The notes below the pieces were generated by a model. The model saw only the letters and a program-made list of their open reading frames with translations. It had not been told where the DNA came from and did no database searches. A DNA stretch of 64,000 nt, from IMG/VR virus record IMGVR_UViG_3300037245_003639. One strand, written 5' to 3'. The translations under genes were made by a program, and so were the position numbers. Numbering within the stretch: position 1 is the first letter of the stretch; each line of letters starts with the position of its first letter. Source of the stretch: a virus. Positions 63,227 to 64,000 of the stretch are shown in pieces.

Positions 63227-63419
63227 GGGCAGCTTCCTCAATTACGGCTGCATCAGTCGTCATCTCAACGCAACCGGATTCTAGTAACTCAAAACGAGGC
63301 AGCGTTAAATTCGCTGCCTGTTGATAACCGACTGTATGGCCGAGCCGATACGCAATAGCAACAATGGCCAGCGTAGCTCCAAGGCACATGAACACCCAAA
63401 ATAAGGTTTCTGGCGGCAT
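63183..63419 (-). CDS. Small membrane protein (78 aa)
   Basis: The N-terminal TM helix is FWVFMCLGATLAIVAIAY. Confidence 0.4.
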   Translation of the reverse strand: MPPETLFWVFMCLGATLAIVAIAYRLGHTVGYQQAANLTLPRFELLESGCVEMTTDAAVIEEAAHVGQREEVVISQRV

Positions 63420-63428
63420 GGTCTATCC

Positions 63429-63665
63429 TTACGATTCATGGCTGCGTTTCCGCTCAGGTATAGCGATGAGACGCTGGCCAGAAGCTAACTCAATAACACC
63501 GTTAGTGTTATCATTGCATAACTCTTGAAGAAAAGCAAGCAATTTTGTCTGGCCTTCGCGGATGTCGAAATGAGGGAGACTGGCAGTGAGTTGTTTATCA
63601 TTGCACTTCAAACATATACCTGCTACCAAGCAAGTGACTTCCTGTTTACACTTGGAACATTTCAT
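63429..63665 (-). CDS. Zinc-ribbon protein (78 aa)
   Basis: The sequence contains CSKCKQ...CLKCNDK. Confidence 0.45.
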   Translation of the reverse strand: MKCSKCKQEVTCLVAGICLKCNDKQLTASLPHFDIREGQTKLLAFLQELCNDNTNGVIELASGQRLIAIPERKRSHES

Positions 63666-63676
63666 TTCCGCACCAT

Positions 63677-64000
63677 CTATGGCCTTTTATCGTTGCGCTT
63701 TCGAGAACTGGGTCTGACAGTATTGTCGAGCCAATCCGCGAAATCCTCCTGACAGGCGGGTTTGTTACAACAGGTTTCTTTATCGTCTTTAGCAGGCGTC
63801 GAGATTTCTTCACCACAAATTTTGCACTTCATCACAGACCTCTTTGTCGTCGATTTATTATGGTGACCAGTATAAGCAGGAAGATGCAAATTGTCAAGAC
63901 TTCTATCGAGATCTTCGCTACCAAATCCAAGAAATTTGAAAACACTCACTGTTTCCTTCCATTGGGCCAAACCATCAGCATTTCTTCCGCTGTTGGATCG
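63677..64000 (-). CDS. Zinc-finger protein. The start may lie beyond the right edge of the window.
   Basis: The sequence contains CKICGEE...CCNKPAC. The frame is open to position 64000, and the ORF-track start is a TTG. Confidence 0.35.
   Translation of the reverse strand, partial: RSNSGRNADGLAQWKETVSVFKFLGFGSEDLDRSLDNLHLPAYTGHHNKSTTKRSVMKCKICGEEISTPAKDDKETCCNKPACQEDFADWLDNTVRPSSRKRNDKRP

Overview
This 64 kb window looks like part of a large tailed dsDNA phage genome (Caudoviricetes), possibly a jumbo phage or a prophage-like element. Genes are tightly packed, many overlap by a few bases, and Shine-Dalgarno motifs of the GGAG/AAGGAG type precede most ATG codons. All real genes run on the minus strand except one 929-aa gene at 59025..61814. 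That gene is a divergently transcribed paralog of the 1095-aa gene at 47012..50299.

Recognisable genes, from the high coordinate end down:
- An RNA end-healing and sealing operon with a DHH-DHHA1 phosphoesterase (54.4-58.8 kb).
- An HNH endonuclease, a peptide deformylase, and a class II ribonucleotide reductase.
- A large terminase subunit.
- A minimal CCA-type tRNA nucleotidyltransferase and a DUF192 protein.
- A structural operon of giant low-complexity proteins (16-35 kb) ending in a candidate major capsid protein (289 aa, HK97/encapsulin-like) with a strong terminator.
- A LAGLIDADG homing endonuclease.
- An island of about 30 small genes (3.8-12.1 kb), many of them zinc-ribbon proteins, each with its own conserved promoter-like element.
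- At the left end, three genes for proteins with an N-terminal signal peptide or membrane anchor, including a DUF1573 protein.

In the structural operon, the 811-aa protein carries a C-terminal DUF559/Vsr-like nuclease domain.

Two regulatory motifs recur on the minus strand:
- An extended -10 like box, (G/T)TGTATAATG, in five copies, three of them inside a hairpin-containing repeat of about 65 bp.
- A roughly 35-nt phage-specific consensus, TTCACCGCATAGCGAAGTATTTGGAGATTGAAG-ATG, in eight copies.

The supplied ORF track often extends N-termini through TTG or GTG codons that sit inside these motifs. Corrected starts are given where I could verify them. I found no tRNA genes, CRISPR arrays or integrase.
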